Below the pieces are notes generated by a model. The model ran no database searches and was not told where the DNA came from. It saw only the letters and a list, made by a program, of their open reading frames with translations. A stretch of 63,804 nt of DNA, counting the filler, from Octopus bimaculoides (lineage: Eukaryota): NCBI RefSeq assembly GCF_001194135.2. It is 5 parts of 4 records of this genome, joined end to end, with 100 filler letters (N's around TTAATTAATTAA, not from the genome) between each part and the next. Parts side by side here need not be neighbours in the genome. Positions count along the whole stretch, not along the records: positions 28,275 to 41,968 come from NC_069000.1; positions 42,069 to 61,354 come from NC_068990.1; 3 more parts are not named here. The stretch is one strand, 5' to 3'. Shown here one piece after another: positions 37,886 through 49,514 of this stretch. Both the position numbers and the translations under genes were made by a program. Numbering within the stretch: position 1 is the stretch's first letter; every line of letters starts with the position of its first letter.

Positions 37886-38441
37886 NNNNNNNNNNNNNNN
37901 NNNNNNNNNNNNNNNNNNNNNNNNNNNNNNNNNNNNNNNNNNNNNNNNNNNNNNNNNNNNNNNNNNNNNNNNNNNNNNNNNNNNNNNNNNNNNNNNNNNN
38001 NNNNNNNNNNNNNNNNNNNNNNNNNNNNNNNNNNNNNNNNNNNNNNNNNNNNNNNNNNNNNNNNNNNNNNNNNNNNNNNNNNNNNNNNNNNNNNNNNNNN
38101 NNNNNNNNNNNNNNNNNNNNNNNNNNNNNNNNNNNNNNNNNNNNNNNNNNNNNNNNNNNNNNNNNNNNNNNNNNNNNNNNNNNNNNNNNNNNNNNNNNNN
38201 NNNNNNNNNNNNNNNNNNNNNNNNNNNNNNNNNNNNNNNNNNNNNNNNNNNNNNNNNNNNNNNNNNNNNNNNNNNNNNNNNNNNNNNNNNNNNNNNNNNN
38301 NNNNNNNNNNNNNNNNNNNNNNNNNNNNNNNNNNNNNNNNNNNNNNNNNNNNNNNNNNNNNNNNNNNNNNNNNNNNATATATATATATATATACATACAT
38401 AGACATGCATACACACGGTTATCATTTTTTTCTCCCACAAG

Positions 38442-38521
38442 GTGGTATCCTGGAATTTGATAAAAAGGATGTTGAGCTTCGGGCTGAGAACATATTGATA
38501 ACTGATGGTGGAAGACTTCAG
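38442..38521 (+). CDS. PKHD1L1: Fibrocystin-L exon (G8 domain): GGILEFDKKDVELRAENILITDGGRLQ
   Basis: AG/GTaaga, phase 1 to 0. Very close to recalled PKHD1L1 GGTLIFDEADIELQAENILITDGGVLQ. Confidence 0.92.
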
Positions 38522-39142
38522 GTAAGAATGCATACGTTCATTTACATCAATCGTCAGTCGTAAAACTTTACTCATTAGACAGCTGCATCAAACGCTCGTC
38601 GTTAGACAGTCGAAAATCGGAACGTTATATGAACCATCATACATTCAAACAAAAATTCGATCGAGCATTAGTTTGGAACACTAAACTAACACCACTCACA
38701 TCAAACATCATGTCTAACATTGGATGCAGATTAGTTTTTATCAAAAGATTTCACGGTGACGATTTTATGGTTATGTCAATCATTAATAGAAGAATATAAC
38801 AAAACTATATAAAATACTATGAAATAACTAATGTCCAATCAACAGCAATATCAGACATCTTCTTATAACATTAGTCAGTGAACATACGGCCGTTACAGCA
38901 ACCAACTGGCAGTGAACATAGTGTTAGTTATATTCTATACATAATGATTTCTGTGATGGAAACAAATGAGGGTTGGTGACAGGAAGCGCGTTCAGCTGTA
39001 GAAAATGCCTCAACGAATCTGGACGCTTAAATGATGATTATAATGTATACATACATACATACATACATATGTGTGTGACTCATACTATCTCTCCCACACA
39101 TGCACTCCCCCTCACTACGTTCTCTTCAATTTCTTCATCTAG

Positions 39143-39272
39143 ATTGGCACCGAGGAGGAACCATTCCAACACAAAGCAATCATAACAATGTACGGTAATT
39201 TAAGGTCAAAGGAATTGCCAATATATGGAGCTAAAACACTGGCTGTCAGAAATGGAACGCTGTGTCTTCATG
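39143..39272 (+). CDS. PKHD1L1: Fibrocystin-L exon (G8): IGTEEEPFQHKAIITMYG...GAKTLAVRNGTLCLH
   Basis: ctAG/GTaagt, phase 0 to 1. Confidence 0.92.
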
Positions 39273-39328
39273 GTAAGTCACGGATACTGATACGTTTGTC
39301 TTAATAATTTGGCGGGGAGGTTTCCATA

Positions 39329-39697
39329 GGCACAGGCGTGGCTGTGTGGTAAAAAGCTTGCTTCCCAACCATCCGGTTCTAGGTTCAGTCCCACTGCATG
39401 GCACCTTGAGCTAGTGTCTTCTACTAAAGCCTCTGACGACCCAAGCCTTGTGAGTGGATTTCGTAGATGTGTGTGTGTCTTTGTATCTGTGTTTGTCCCC
39501 TACAACCGATTCACAACCGGTGTTGATGAGTTTACGTTCCCGTAACTTAGCAGTTCGGCAAAAGACACTGATAGAATAAGTATGAAGCTTTAAAACAAGC
39601 TATTGGGGTCGATTCGTTCGCCTAAAAATCTTCAAGGCGGTGCCCCAGCATGGCCCCAGTCGGATGACTGAAGTAAGCTTAAGATAAAAGACAATAT
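39329..39697 (+). mobile_element. SINE family C, full length
   Basis: Head ggcacaggcgtggctgtgtggtaaaaagcttgcttcccaacc...ggttcagtccc, plus the family C body and tail. Confidence 0.85.
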
Positions 39698-39780
39698 TTA
39701 ATTACTTGCTTGTCTGTGTTTTCTTCTCTTTTTTTTTTTTAATGTTTCTACAACCACTGCAATTACGGTTTCAATTCCAG

Positions 39781-40152
39781 GTCGTAGACTGCTTCATACT
39801 TGGACACATCTCATGAAGACGGTGAAATCCGGAGAGAAAAAGATCGTCCTGAAGCATCCCGTGCCTGGCTGGCGAATCGGAGATCATATAGTGATCGCAT
39901 CAACTGGCGGCCGACACAGCCAGCGCGAGAACGAGGTTCGCACGATCGCAGCGATATCACCCGATTACAAAGAGCTTACACTAAACAAGAGCCTCGATTA
40001 TGAACATATATCGACCGCAGAAACTATAGATCAACGTACTGTCGAATACAGGGCAGAGGTTGGCTTGCTAACGCGTAACATTGTTGTACGCGGTTCTGAA
40101 AATATAGATTGGAGGACTAAAATTGAAGCCTGTCCAGATGGCTTTGATACAG
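39781..40152 (+). CDS. PKHD1L1: Fibrocystin-L exon: TWTHL...GDHIVIASTGGRHSQRENE...AEVGLLTRNIVVRG...CPDGFDT
   Basis: ttccAG/GTcagt, phase 1 to 1. Conserved G8-adjacent motifs. Confidence 0.93.
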
Positions 40153-41085
40153 GTCAGTCACGATATCACCGATACAATATCACTGTTACTCTATCTACCT
40201 CACAAGACCTCTGTCGCTGATATCTGTTACTAGGTTCCTAACACGCTCTCTCTCTCTCTCTCTCTCTCTCTCNNNNNNNNNNNNNNNNNNNNNNNNNNNN
40301 NNNNNNNNNNNNNNNNNNNNNNNNNNNNNNNNNNNNNNNNNNNNNNNNNNNNNNNNNNNNNNNNNNNNNNNNNNNNNNNNNNNNNNNNNNNNNNNNNNNN
40401 NNNNNNNNNNNNNNNNNNNNNNNNNNNNNNNNNNNNNNNNNNNNNNNNNNNNNNNNNNNNNNNNNNNNNNNNNNNNNNNNNNNNNNNNNNNNNNNNNNNN
40501 NNNNNNNNNNNNNNNNNNNNNNNNNNNNNNNNNNNNNNNNNNNNNNNNNNNNNNNNNNNNNNNNNNNNNNNNNNNNNNNNNNNNNNNNNNNNNNNNNNNN
40601 NNNNNNNNNNNNNNNNNNNNNNNNNNNNNNNNNNNNNNNNNNNNNNNNNNNNNNNNNNNNNNNNNNNNNNNNNNNNNNNNNNNNNNNNNNNNNNNNNNNN
40701 NNNNNNNNNNNNNNNNNNNNNNNNNNNNNNNNNNNNNNNNNNNNNNNNNNNNNNNNNNNNNNNNNNNNNNNNNNNNNNNNNNNNNNNNNNNNNNNNNNNN
40801 NNNNNNNNNNNNNNNNNNNNNNNNNNNNNNNNNNNNNNNNNNNNNNNNNNNNNNNNNNNNNNNNNNNNNNNNNNNNNNNNNNNNNNNNNNNNNNNNNNNN
40901 NNNNNNNNNNNNNNNNNNNNNNNNNNNNNNNNNNNNNNNNNNNNNNNNNNNNNNNNNNNNNNNNNNNNNNNNNNNNNNNNNNNNNNNNNNNNNNNNNNNN
41001 NNNNNNNNNNNNNNNNNNNNNNNNNNNNNNNNNNNNNNNNNNNNNNNNNNNNNNNNNNNNNNNNNNNNNNNNNNNNNNNNNNNNN

Positions 41086-41134
<49 letters not shown>

Positions 41135-41209
41135 GGTGGGGTGTATTATACAGACCATACATACCACTTATACTCATAAATATATATATATACTTTTATC
41201 TGTATATAG

Positions 41210-41649
41210 GAGAATTTGCAACGCAAACCTGTTTCCAGGGTCGATTCGGCGAAGAAATGGGCAGCGACGAGTTCGGAGCGCAGATTATGCTCCACGCTCC
41301 AGTGCGTGACAAGAACCTAGCTGTAGCGCATCTGTCCTACATTGAAGTAACCTTCGCTGGACAGGCGTTCCGGTTGGGTAGGTACCCGATACATTTCCAC
41401 CTGAACGGTGATATGAGTAAGTCCTATGTACGTGGCTGCTCCGTTCACCGTTCGTTCAACCGTGCCATAAACGTTCACGGTTCACACAACACGCTGGTTG
41501 AACACAATGTTGTCTATGACATCATGGGCGGCGCCATATTTCTGGAGGACGGCATCGAGACGGGCAACACATTCCAATATAATTTAGTAGTGTTTGCGAA
41601 GCCGAGTACAAGTCTGCAGAACGATGACATCACACCAGCCAGTTTTTGG
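41210..41649 (+). CDS. PKHD1L1: Fibrocystin-L exon (parallel beta-helix): EFATQTCFQG...GQAFRLGRYPIHFH...FLEDGIE...DDITPASFW
   Basis: AG/GTgagt, phase 1 to 0. Signature GQAFRLGRYPIH.H and EDGIE motifs. Confidence 0.95.
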
Positions 41650-41671
41650 GTGAGTATAGTCCGAGAGTGGA

Positions 41672-41968
41672 GGCGCAATGGCCCAGTGGTTAAGGCAGCG
41701 GACTCGCGGTCGTAGGATCGCGGTTCCGATTCCTAGACCGGGCGTTGTGAGTGTTTATTGAGCGAAAACACCTAAAGCTCCACGAGGCTCCGGCAGGGGT
41801 AGTGGCGAACCCTGCTGTACTCTTTCACCACAACTTTCTCTCACCCTTTCTTTCTGATTCTGTTGTACCTGCATTTCAAAGGGGCCAGCCTTGTCACACT
41901 GTGTCACGCTGAATCTCCCCGAGAACTACGTTAAGGGTACAACTGGAACCCTCGTCGTAGCAACTGAC
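41672..41968 (+). mobile_element. tRNA(Arg-like)-derived SINE family B, cut by the join pad
   Basis: ggcgcaatggcccagtggttaaggcagcggactcgcggtcgtaggatcgcggttccgattcctagaccgggcg head (A box, degenerate B box), followed by the SINE body. Confidence 0.85.
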
Positions 41969-42068
41969 NNNNNNNNNNNNNNNNNNNNNNNNNNNNNNNN
42001 NNNNNNNNNNNNTTAATTAATTAANNNNNNNNNNNNNNNNNNNNNNNNNNNNNNNNNNNNNNNNNNNN
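41969..42068. other. Assembly join pad
   Basis: 44 N + TTAATTAATTAA + 44 N. Confidence 0.95.
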
Positions 42069-42531
42069 AAAAAAAAAAAAAAAAAAAAAAGGGGAAAAGT
42101 TAAAAATAGTTGCGGAAACTAAGAATGATGAGTTTCTGATTATGGAAAGGGGTTTTATCTGACCCATTGACCTCTCTCCCCCTCTTTCCTTCTCCCTCAC
42201 TCTGTCTTCTTCTTCTTCTTCTTCTTCCTCACTCTTCCTCTTTCTTCCTCTCCCTATCTCTCACTCACTTCCATTGCTTGTTACCCACCACCACTACCAC
42301 CGCCACTGCCGCCGCCGCCGCCGCCGCGACCGCCACCACCATTGCCGCCACCATACAGTCCAACCTGCACGCATCCATCCCGCTTACTTTCACTTTCAAT
42401 GGCAACTGATTACATAGTAAAACTTGGTAGACGTGCCACTGTCTATCTAGTTCGATGTAGAATAGCGTTATGTGACGTTCTTCGGTATTGTGAGGCGTAG
42501 CGTAGTATGTTGTAGGGTTGTGAGGGTGATG

Positions 42532-42618
42532 TAGTGTGGTGTTGGGTAGATTGTTATAGTGTGGTGTTGGGTAGATTGTTATAGTGTGGTGTTGGGTAGA
42601 TTGTTATAGTGTGGTGTT
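42532..42618. repeat. 25-bp tandem repeat x3.5 (tagtgtggtgttgggtagattgtta)
   Basis: Direct reading, period 25. Confidence 0.9.
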
Positions 42619-42836
42619 GTTGTTAGTATAATCAAGTGTGTTACAGTATGCACTCATGTACTATAGTGTTATCGTGTGATGTGATATGATGTGTAACGGT
42701 GCTGTATCGTGTGATGTGTGAGGTTGTTGATATTGTATAGTCCTGGTTAACACTCTTCAAATACACAAGTTTATAACTAAAGACAATCCAACCATGACTA
42801 TCATATTGTTTTTCCGTTATTTTTCATCCCGAACTA

Positions 42837-42974
42837 CAGGGTGTCCACAAAGTCTGGGTACATGGAGTAAATAAATAAAATCATAACATAAACAATTAAA
42901 TATAAGAAATAATAATTTTCCTTTCTTACTTTTGTTTAAGAGCATGTGTTAATCCCCATGTACCCGACACCCTG
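42837..42974. mobile_element. Second copy of the Tc1/mariner MITE at 7824, opposite orientation
   Basis: Same TIR, TA flanks, internal sequence is the reverse complement. The right TIR lacks 10 nt. Confidence 0.85.
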
Positions 42975-42997
42975 TACATTATAAATATTGCATATAA

Positions 42998-43198
42998 ATA
43001 CAAATTTTGGCACAAAGCCAGCAAATTTGGGGCAGGGGGTAAGTCGATTACATCGACCCCCTACCACTGCTTGGCTGGTACTTATGGATGAGAGGCAAAG
43101 TCGACCTCGGCAGAATTTGAACTCAGTTCGTAAAGACGGACGAAATGCTGCCACGTATTTTGTCCGGCGTGTTAACGATTCTGCCAGCTCGCCGCCTT
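42998..43198 (-). mobile_element. SINE family A
   Basis: Reverse complement of the family A consensus. Confidence 0.85.
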
Positions 43199-43819
43199 CA
43201 ATGCATTATAAATATTATCAAGATGACTGAGTGTGGTTTAAATATTTAGCTGCTTTTTCTGTCAGGTCGACCGACCACGTGTTGCAGGGTGCAACGTGTA
43301 GTTTTTCCGTAATGTAGTTGTTATTGTTGCTGTTTAACCCTAGGTCAACCTTGACCCAGTATACCTGTGATCAACAGCGATTCCCTGTTAGACATAATGT
43401 CCCATAATGTCCGCGTGGCCATGCCGTGTGACCACCTACACTATTCCCGATGCTCTGTGGCCATGCCTTGTGGCTATCCACTGTTATGTCCAGTCACAGT
43501 ATCCACACTTATGTGACCACCGGTGGATCTTCTATGTCCAGTCGCTGTCTATCCGTCCACTCCTATGTTCAATGATTGTGACTACGTTGTGTGACCAACC
43601 AACCAACTCTATGCCCTGTCTATTATTATGCTGAGTGACCACCTGTCTACTTCCTATGTCCAGTCACTGTGGCCATGCAGTATATCTCTTTACTCGTACT
43701 GGGAACCACAGACATACAGTATCCAACGTGACAGATGACTTTACCGAGTGGCTTGAGGAATTTGGTTGCTATTTCTAGCAATGACAGTGACCATGAAGAG
43801 ACTATCTCGTTGGCTTGAG

Positions 43820-44320
43820 TAGTGTGGATTGGTGTTGTGGGGCGCTGTGCTGTGTGATGTGGTGTTGTGTGTTGTGTGTAGCGGTGTTGTGTGTAGCGGT
43901 GTTGTGTGGTGTGGTGTTGTGTGGTATGGAGTGGTGTTGTGTGGTGTTGTGCTGCAATACGGAGTAGTGTGATGTGGTGTGGTGCAGTGTTGTGTCGTGT
44001 GGTGTTGTGTGGAGTAGTGTTGTGTGGTATGGTATTGTGTGGAGTGATGTGATGTAGTGTGATGCAGTGTGGTGCAGTGTTGTAGTGTTGTGTTGTGTGG
44101 AGTAGTGTGGTGCAGGGCGATGTGATATAGTGTCATGTGGAGTGGTATATTGGCGGTGTGGTGTTGTATAATGTGACACAGTGTTGTGTAATGTAGTATT
44201 GTGAAGCATAATCTACTGTACTGCATTTTGGTGTTCAGCAGTGTCTCCTAGTCTATCATAGCATTGTACAGCGCAGCGTAGTGCAGTGCAACGATTTGTG
44301 TGCAACGTGGTCCAGTGCAG
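43820..44320. repeat. Degenerate pentanucleotide (GTGTG/GTGTT/GTGCA) tract
   Basis: Direct reading. Source of the HHTT-rich spurious ORFs. Confidence 0.85.
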
Positions 44321-44464
44321 TTTATTATAAAAACCAACAATATGTTTGTTGGAAAATACCGCGGCTTCGGGGAATATTCTTCATACTATATATTGATGTA
44401 TTATATAATAAATTGATAATAAATTGATATTCAATTGACAAAGATGATCCGAGTAATTAGTGAT

Positions 44465-44493
44465 CTAAAACTCCCTCCACGTGAGATAAAAAT
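44465..44493 (-). CDS. EF-hand-like protein, terminal exon 5: (D)FYLTWREF*
   Basis: Strong acceptor tctttctttcctgtttgtttgttctAG. Phase 1 matches exon 4. TAG stop at 44467-44465 and AATAAA at 44326-44321. LTW.EF is EF-hand-like. Confidence 0.55.
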
Positions 44494-44754
44494 CTAGAAC
44501 AAACAAACAGGAAAGAAAGATAACTGCTGTGAGATCAGCTGATCGAAGTTTTTCAATTCCGTATATGGGACACGTGACACACTTTCCTTGCTGTATTTGT
44601 GTTTTGTATGCATGAAAAATGTTTCTAATGTTGGGGTATTTTTCGTCACCTATTTTGCTCTAATATATATATATATATGTATGTGTGTATGTGTATACAT
44701 ACAAATACACACACACATACATACATCCATTACATACATCCATTACATACAGGC

Positions 44755-44859
<105 letters not shown>

Positions 44860-45230
44860 CATGTGTGTTTGTATGCGTAGTTCCCCTTTACTGTTGCTTA
44901 TTGCTTATTGAATAGAATATTGAATATGCTTAACTGAGAAAGCCTAATAAGATCGAAACATGTTTGTTTCTTTGATCAGTTAACTTCGAAGACCAAACCT
45001 ACAGCGATCTACTTTGTCTATATAGTCCAAGACGTTTAGTTTACTGATTGTATTGGAGTTATAACACTTGTTCGTTTTAATTTTTAACACACGAAGACGA
45101 AGTTTCTTTTCTACTATTTGAGTAAAAACGTCTTGGGTAATGTCAGGTGAACGAAGTTTTCAACGAAATACATAACATATGTGAGATCTGACTGCATTAC
45201 GTTATGTAAATATTTGTAAACACCTCATAC

Positions 45231-45318
45231 CTTCCTCATCCAGTGTGACTAAGATTTCATTGTAATAAGCAAATGAGATAACTGTCTCAATCTTCCCATG
45301 AATAAGACTCCAGTCACT
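45231..45318 (-). CDS. EF-hand-like protein, exon 4: SDWSLIHGKIETVISFAYYNEILVTLDEE
   Basis: ttcAG acceptor (weak pyrimidine tract), donor G/GTATGA, phase 0 to 1, 142-nt upstream intron. Confidence 0.5.
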
Positions 45319-45460
45319 CTGAAGTTAACTTCCTTCTTCATGTGGTCCCGATATGTATATGTATAAGATTAAGAAGAAATAACTCAAACATCTACAAGCG
45401 TACAGTGTAATCATGGATGTTGTTGTCCCTATTGTTGTGAGTTCTGATCCAGAAACTTAC

Positions 45461-45632
45461 GATCAAAAGTCTTCCAGCCGTGACCACACCGTCTTTTTCT
45501 ATAACCATGTCCAAAAAGCCATCTTTAAAGAAGATAGAGTGTGCATGGAGTTGTGATGCTTTCTCAGCTGTGACCATATTGTTTTTGTTTAGGCATAGTG
45601 TATCTGGGACTACGTTATCCAATATGTTCTCC
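45461..45632 (-). CDS. EF-hand-like protein, exon 3: ENILDNVVPDTLCLNKNNMVTAEK...FLDMVIEKDGVVTAGRLLI
   Basis: Acceptor tgtattttaaaaAG, perfect donor GTAAGT. Only one frame is open (phase 2 to 0). Two degenerate EF-loop-like segments. Confidence 0.6.
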
Positions 45633-45699
45633 CTTTTTAAAATACAGTAGAATATGATTTGAATGATATTTAGCTGGGGATTTTTAAGGCTAGCACAAT

Positions 45700-45893
45700 C
45701 GTTAATACGCCGGATAAAATGCTTAGAGGCATTTCGTCCGTCTTAACCGTCTGAGTTCAAGTTCCGCCGAGGTCGACTTTGCCTTTCATCCTTTCGGATT
45801 TGATAAATTAAGTACCAGACAAGCACTGGGGACGATATAATCGACTAGCCCCATCCATCAAAAATTCAGGCCTTGTGTCTATAGTAGAAGCGA
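45700..45893 (+). mobile_element. SINE family A
   Basis: Family A consensus. Confidence 0.85.
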
Positions 45894-46607
45894 TATTTAA
45901 TAGTTGTTTGTAAGGCGTTGAGTGCCCCGCGTAAAGACATTAGATGGGATGACGTCAGATTTGGGACGCGACAAACGAAGATGCAATTTCCTAGATAACA
46001 TGTTCGGGGTCACACGCACTTGGCTGAGTGTTGGAAGGGATTTGTGAATGAAGCTGACTTCATTCTACAACAAGGGTTGGTTCTACTATGGGGGTTGGCT
46101 GTGTGTGACAATTTTGACAGCTGTGTTTTATTGTGCAATGTTTGTAGTTGTTCTTATAGCCTTAGGCCAACTCTGATCGAGCAGACCCATGATGAACGAT
46201 ATTCCAGTCTTCATTGCCCAGTTGTTTTGCACATCTAAGTCTAGCATTGTCCAATGTGTCTTTCGTGTTTTTAGATGATAGAATGTGAATAAGAGAATTC
46301 GGTTGTTACATATAACAGAACAAGCGAACGGGTAGAGCAGTGATTGGTGGGATGCGCCCTACAAGTGGGCCATCGATGTGTTCTCTGTGAACCTTGGACT
46401 ATTTTGAACTTTTGTTTTTTTTAAATTTGATGTCTTTGTGCTAACTGAGCAACTGATGGTTTTTTTACGTAGTCTTTTGAGTCACAGTTTGATTATTCAT
46501 GTTTACATAAGTATGACTTGAGATAGAAATGAGGTGAATATGTGGAGATGATTTATCATGGGAATGATATGATACAATATACATGTGGGCTTCTTATTTT
46601 TATACTA

Positions 46608-46831
46608 GTTTTTCTTTACTTGTTTCAATCATTTGACTGCGGTCATGTTAGGGTACCGCCCTGAAAGGTTCTAGTCGGACAAATCGATCCTAGAACTTAT
46701 ATTTAAAAAGCCTAGTACTTATTCTATCGGTCTCATTTGCGGAACAGGTAAGTTACAGGAACGTAAACACACAAACACCAGTTATCAAGCGGTGGTAGGG
46801 CGAGAAACACAAACACAAAGACACACACAGA

Positions 46832-46862
<31 letters not shown>

Positions 46863-47028
46863 ATACACGACGGGCTTTTCAGTTTCCGTCTACCAAATCC
46901 ACTCACAAGGTTTTGGTCAGCTGAAGGCTATAATAGAAGACACTTCCCCAAGCGGCCATGCAGTGCGACTGAACCTGGAACCATGTGGTTGGGAAGCAAA
47001 CTTCCTACCACATTGCCATGCCTGCGCC
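46608..47028 (-). mobile_element. SINE family C
   Basis: Reverse complement of the family C consensus, head to tail. Confidence 0.85.
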
Positions 47029-48451
47029 TATAAGTAAATGGCCATATGCAAATGTAAAAATTGGNNNNNNNNNNNNNNNNNNNNNNNNNNNNNNNNNNNN
47101 NNNNNNNNNNNNNNNNNNNNNNNNNNNNNNNNNNNNNNNNNNNNNNNNNNNNNNNNNNNNNNNNNNNNNNNNNNNNNNNNNNNNNNNNNNNNNNNNNNNN
47201 NNNNNNNNNNNNNNNNNNNNNNNNNNNNNNNNNNNNNNNNNNNNNNNNNNNNNNNNNNNNNNNNNNNNNNNNNNNNNNNNNNNNNNNNNNNNNNNNNNNN
47301 NNNNNNNNNNNNNNNNNNNNNNNNNNNNNNNNNNNNNNNNNNNNNNNNNNNNNNNNNNNNNNNNNNNNNNNNNNNNNNNNNNNNNNNNNNNNNNNNNNNN
47401 NNNNNNNNNNNNNNNNNNNNNNNNNNNNNNNNNNNNNNNNNNNNNNNNNNNNNNNNNNNNNNNNNNNNNNNNNNNNNNNNNNNNNNNNNNNNNNNNNNNN
47501 NNNNNNNNNNNNNNNNNNNNNNNNNNNNNNNNNNNNNNNNNNNNNNNNNNNNNNNNNNNNNNNNNNNNNNNNNNNNNNNNNNNNNNNNNNNNNNNNNNNN
47601 NNNNNNNNNNNNNNNNNNNNNNNNNNNNNNNNNNNNNNNNNNNNNNNNNNNNNNNNNNNNNNNNNNNNNATATATATATATATATATTTATATATATGGT
47701 TATATTTTTTGATAACAAAATAGGTTAGGTAGGATGATGTCTATATTACAATATTACAATAACCAATAATGTGTTGTGCATGTATAGTAATATTACGTTC
47801 ACGAAATTAGCATTAGTTTATCTCACTCTTTCTCGCGGAACCCCTAGGAACCTTTTGCGGAACCCTAGAATTCCGGGGAACCCCGGTTGAGAAACGCTGT
47901 TATAGTGCATTACAGACGTGTTGTACAAAAGTTAGAACTAAAAAAAGTAATACTAAGTTATTGTATTGAAACAGGGTACTAAAGCATATAACTGGTGTGC
48001 ATTGTTAAATGTATGATTGTAAACCACAGTACTAAGGTACAGCATCAGTGTGCACTTTTAAAGTGTAAGTACTAATGTGTAGAACTGACTTGTGGATAGA
48101 AACTTGAGGCTGCTGACATCTTGTAATATCTGTTCCGGCTCACATCTGCCCACTCGACATAACCCTCAAAGAAAGATCTGAAGAGTGATCAACAGATATT
48201 ATTGTCAGTGATGTGTTAAATGTAATTTCAATGACTCAGTCTTCGGCGGCATTCATAGTGCTACACACAGAGTAATTGTGTTTAACTGGTGCAATGATTG
48301 TAGCTGTTAACATAATAATTTATAAGTGTATAAGGTACAATGGCACCTTACACTGTATTGTAAGGTGTAATTGTGAAATACGGAAGTAAATAATTCTTTC
48401 TTGGACTGGTGAAACTTGAAGGAGATAAAGCTATAACTAATCCTTTCTACT

Positions 48452-48657
48452 ATAGACACAAGGCCTGAAACTTTAGGGGAGGGATCTAGTCGATGACATC
48501 GACCTCAGTGCTCAACTGGTACTTTTTTTATCGATCCCAAAAAGAATAAAAGGTTGAGTAGACCGCGGAGTAATTCGAACTCAGAATTTAAAGTCGGGAT
48601 AAATGCCACTAAGTATTTTGCCTAGCATGCTACCGATTCTGCCAGCTCACCGCCTTA
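48452..48657 (-). mobile_element. SINE family A
   Basis: Reverse complement of the family A consensus. Confidence 0.85.
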
Positions 48658-49292
48658 GATAAAAAAAGCTATAAATTATAGCTTTCGATAGCAAAAGTCG
48701 AAGCTGCCAATTTTTTCTATGCAAATTTTTTTACCGAATATTTGCATGCTATTATTTATAGCTTTATCTGCTTCGAGCTTCACTGTTCTGAGGAAGAATT
48801 GCTTCACGTTCTCTCAGGGTTTATAAAATTCTTATGACGTTAATAAACATACAGTTGTAAAGTACAGTATTAAGATGGAAAAATAAAGTACAAGAAGTAC
48901 AGTTCAGTATTAAACTGCAGCAGTAACGTGCAACAATGAGATACCATAATAAGGTTTTTGTATTAATTTGCAATAGTTAAGTGCAGTACTATTAACATCA
49001 CTTATAGCACTTGCATATGCAAACGGAATTAGCATGTGTGCAGCTCAGTGCAATAATACATTGCATTACAAGTTAATATAGGGTGCAGTATTAAGGTGCA
49101 ACAAAAGAATATTGTACTTAAAGGTACGTATAAAGTTCTGCATTGCAATGTTATGATGTGTTGGTGTAGTAAGGGACATCAATGGAGTGTTATGTTGCAG
49201 TGTTATGTTGCAATGTAGTGATTAAATATAGTATTATTGTGCAGTGGTATAAGTACCAATAGAGTATAGTGGTAGAATGCTATAGTCTAAAG

Positions 49293-49514
49293 CAATGGTT
49301 CTCAACCTGCGTCCATATGACCTTTGAGGGTCCATGTAAGATTTTGTTGTTAAAATTTTTGTGCAGTTATACATCTGCAATATACTAAATATTTTAATAT
49401 ATTTTTAAGTACAATTCCTAATAATGTTTGATCATATAAATATAACAAGACTGGTTATGAGAGTCCACCTGAGTTAAAATGGTTTTTAAGGTTAATAATG
49501 GTTGAGAAACACTG
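49293..49514 (+). mobile_element. hAT (Charlie-like) MITE
   Basis: Ends caatggttctcaac / gttgagaaacactg. Flanks gtctaaag / gtctgtgg resemble NTCTAGAN. Confidence 0.8.

Noticed and set aside
41210-41649. Bacterial G8/beta-helix gene, horizontal transfer or contamination
   Set aside because: It is one exon of a spliced gene with canonical introns and PKHD1L1 domain order.
41672-41745. tRNA genes (also 22810-22880 and 29185-29240)
   Set aside because: These are A/B-box heads that run into SINE bodies and lack a proper acceptor stem.
45231-45318. WD40 repeat reading of HGKIETVISFAYYNEILVTLDEEG
   Set aside because: The best next exon gives DFYLTWREF* rather than a continuing propeller. It stays only as a fallback if RNA-seq shows other junctions.
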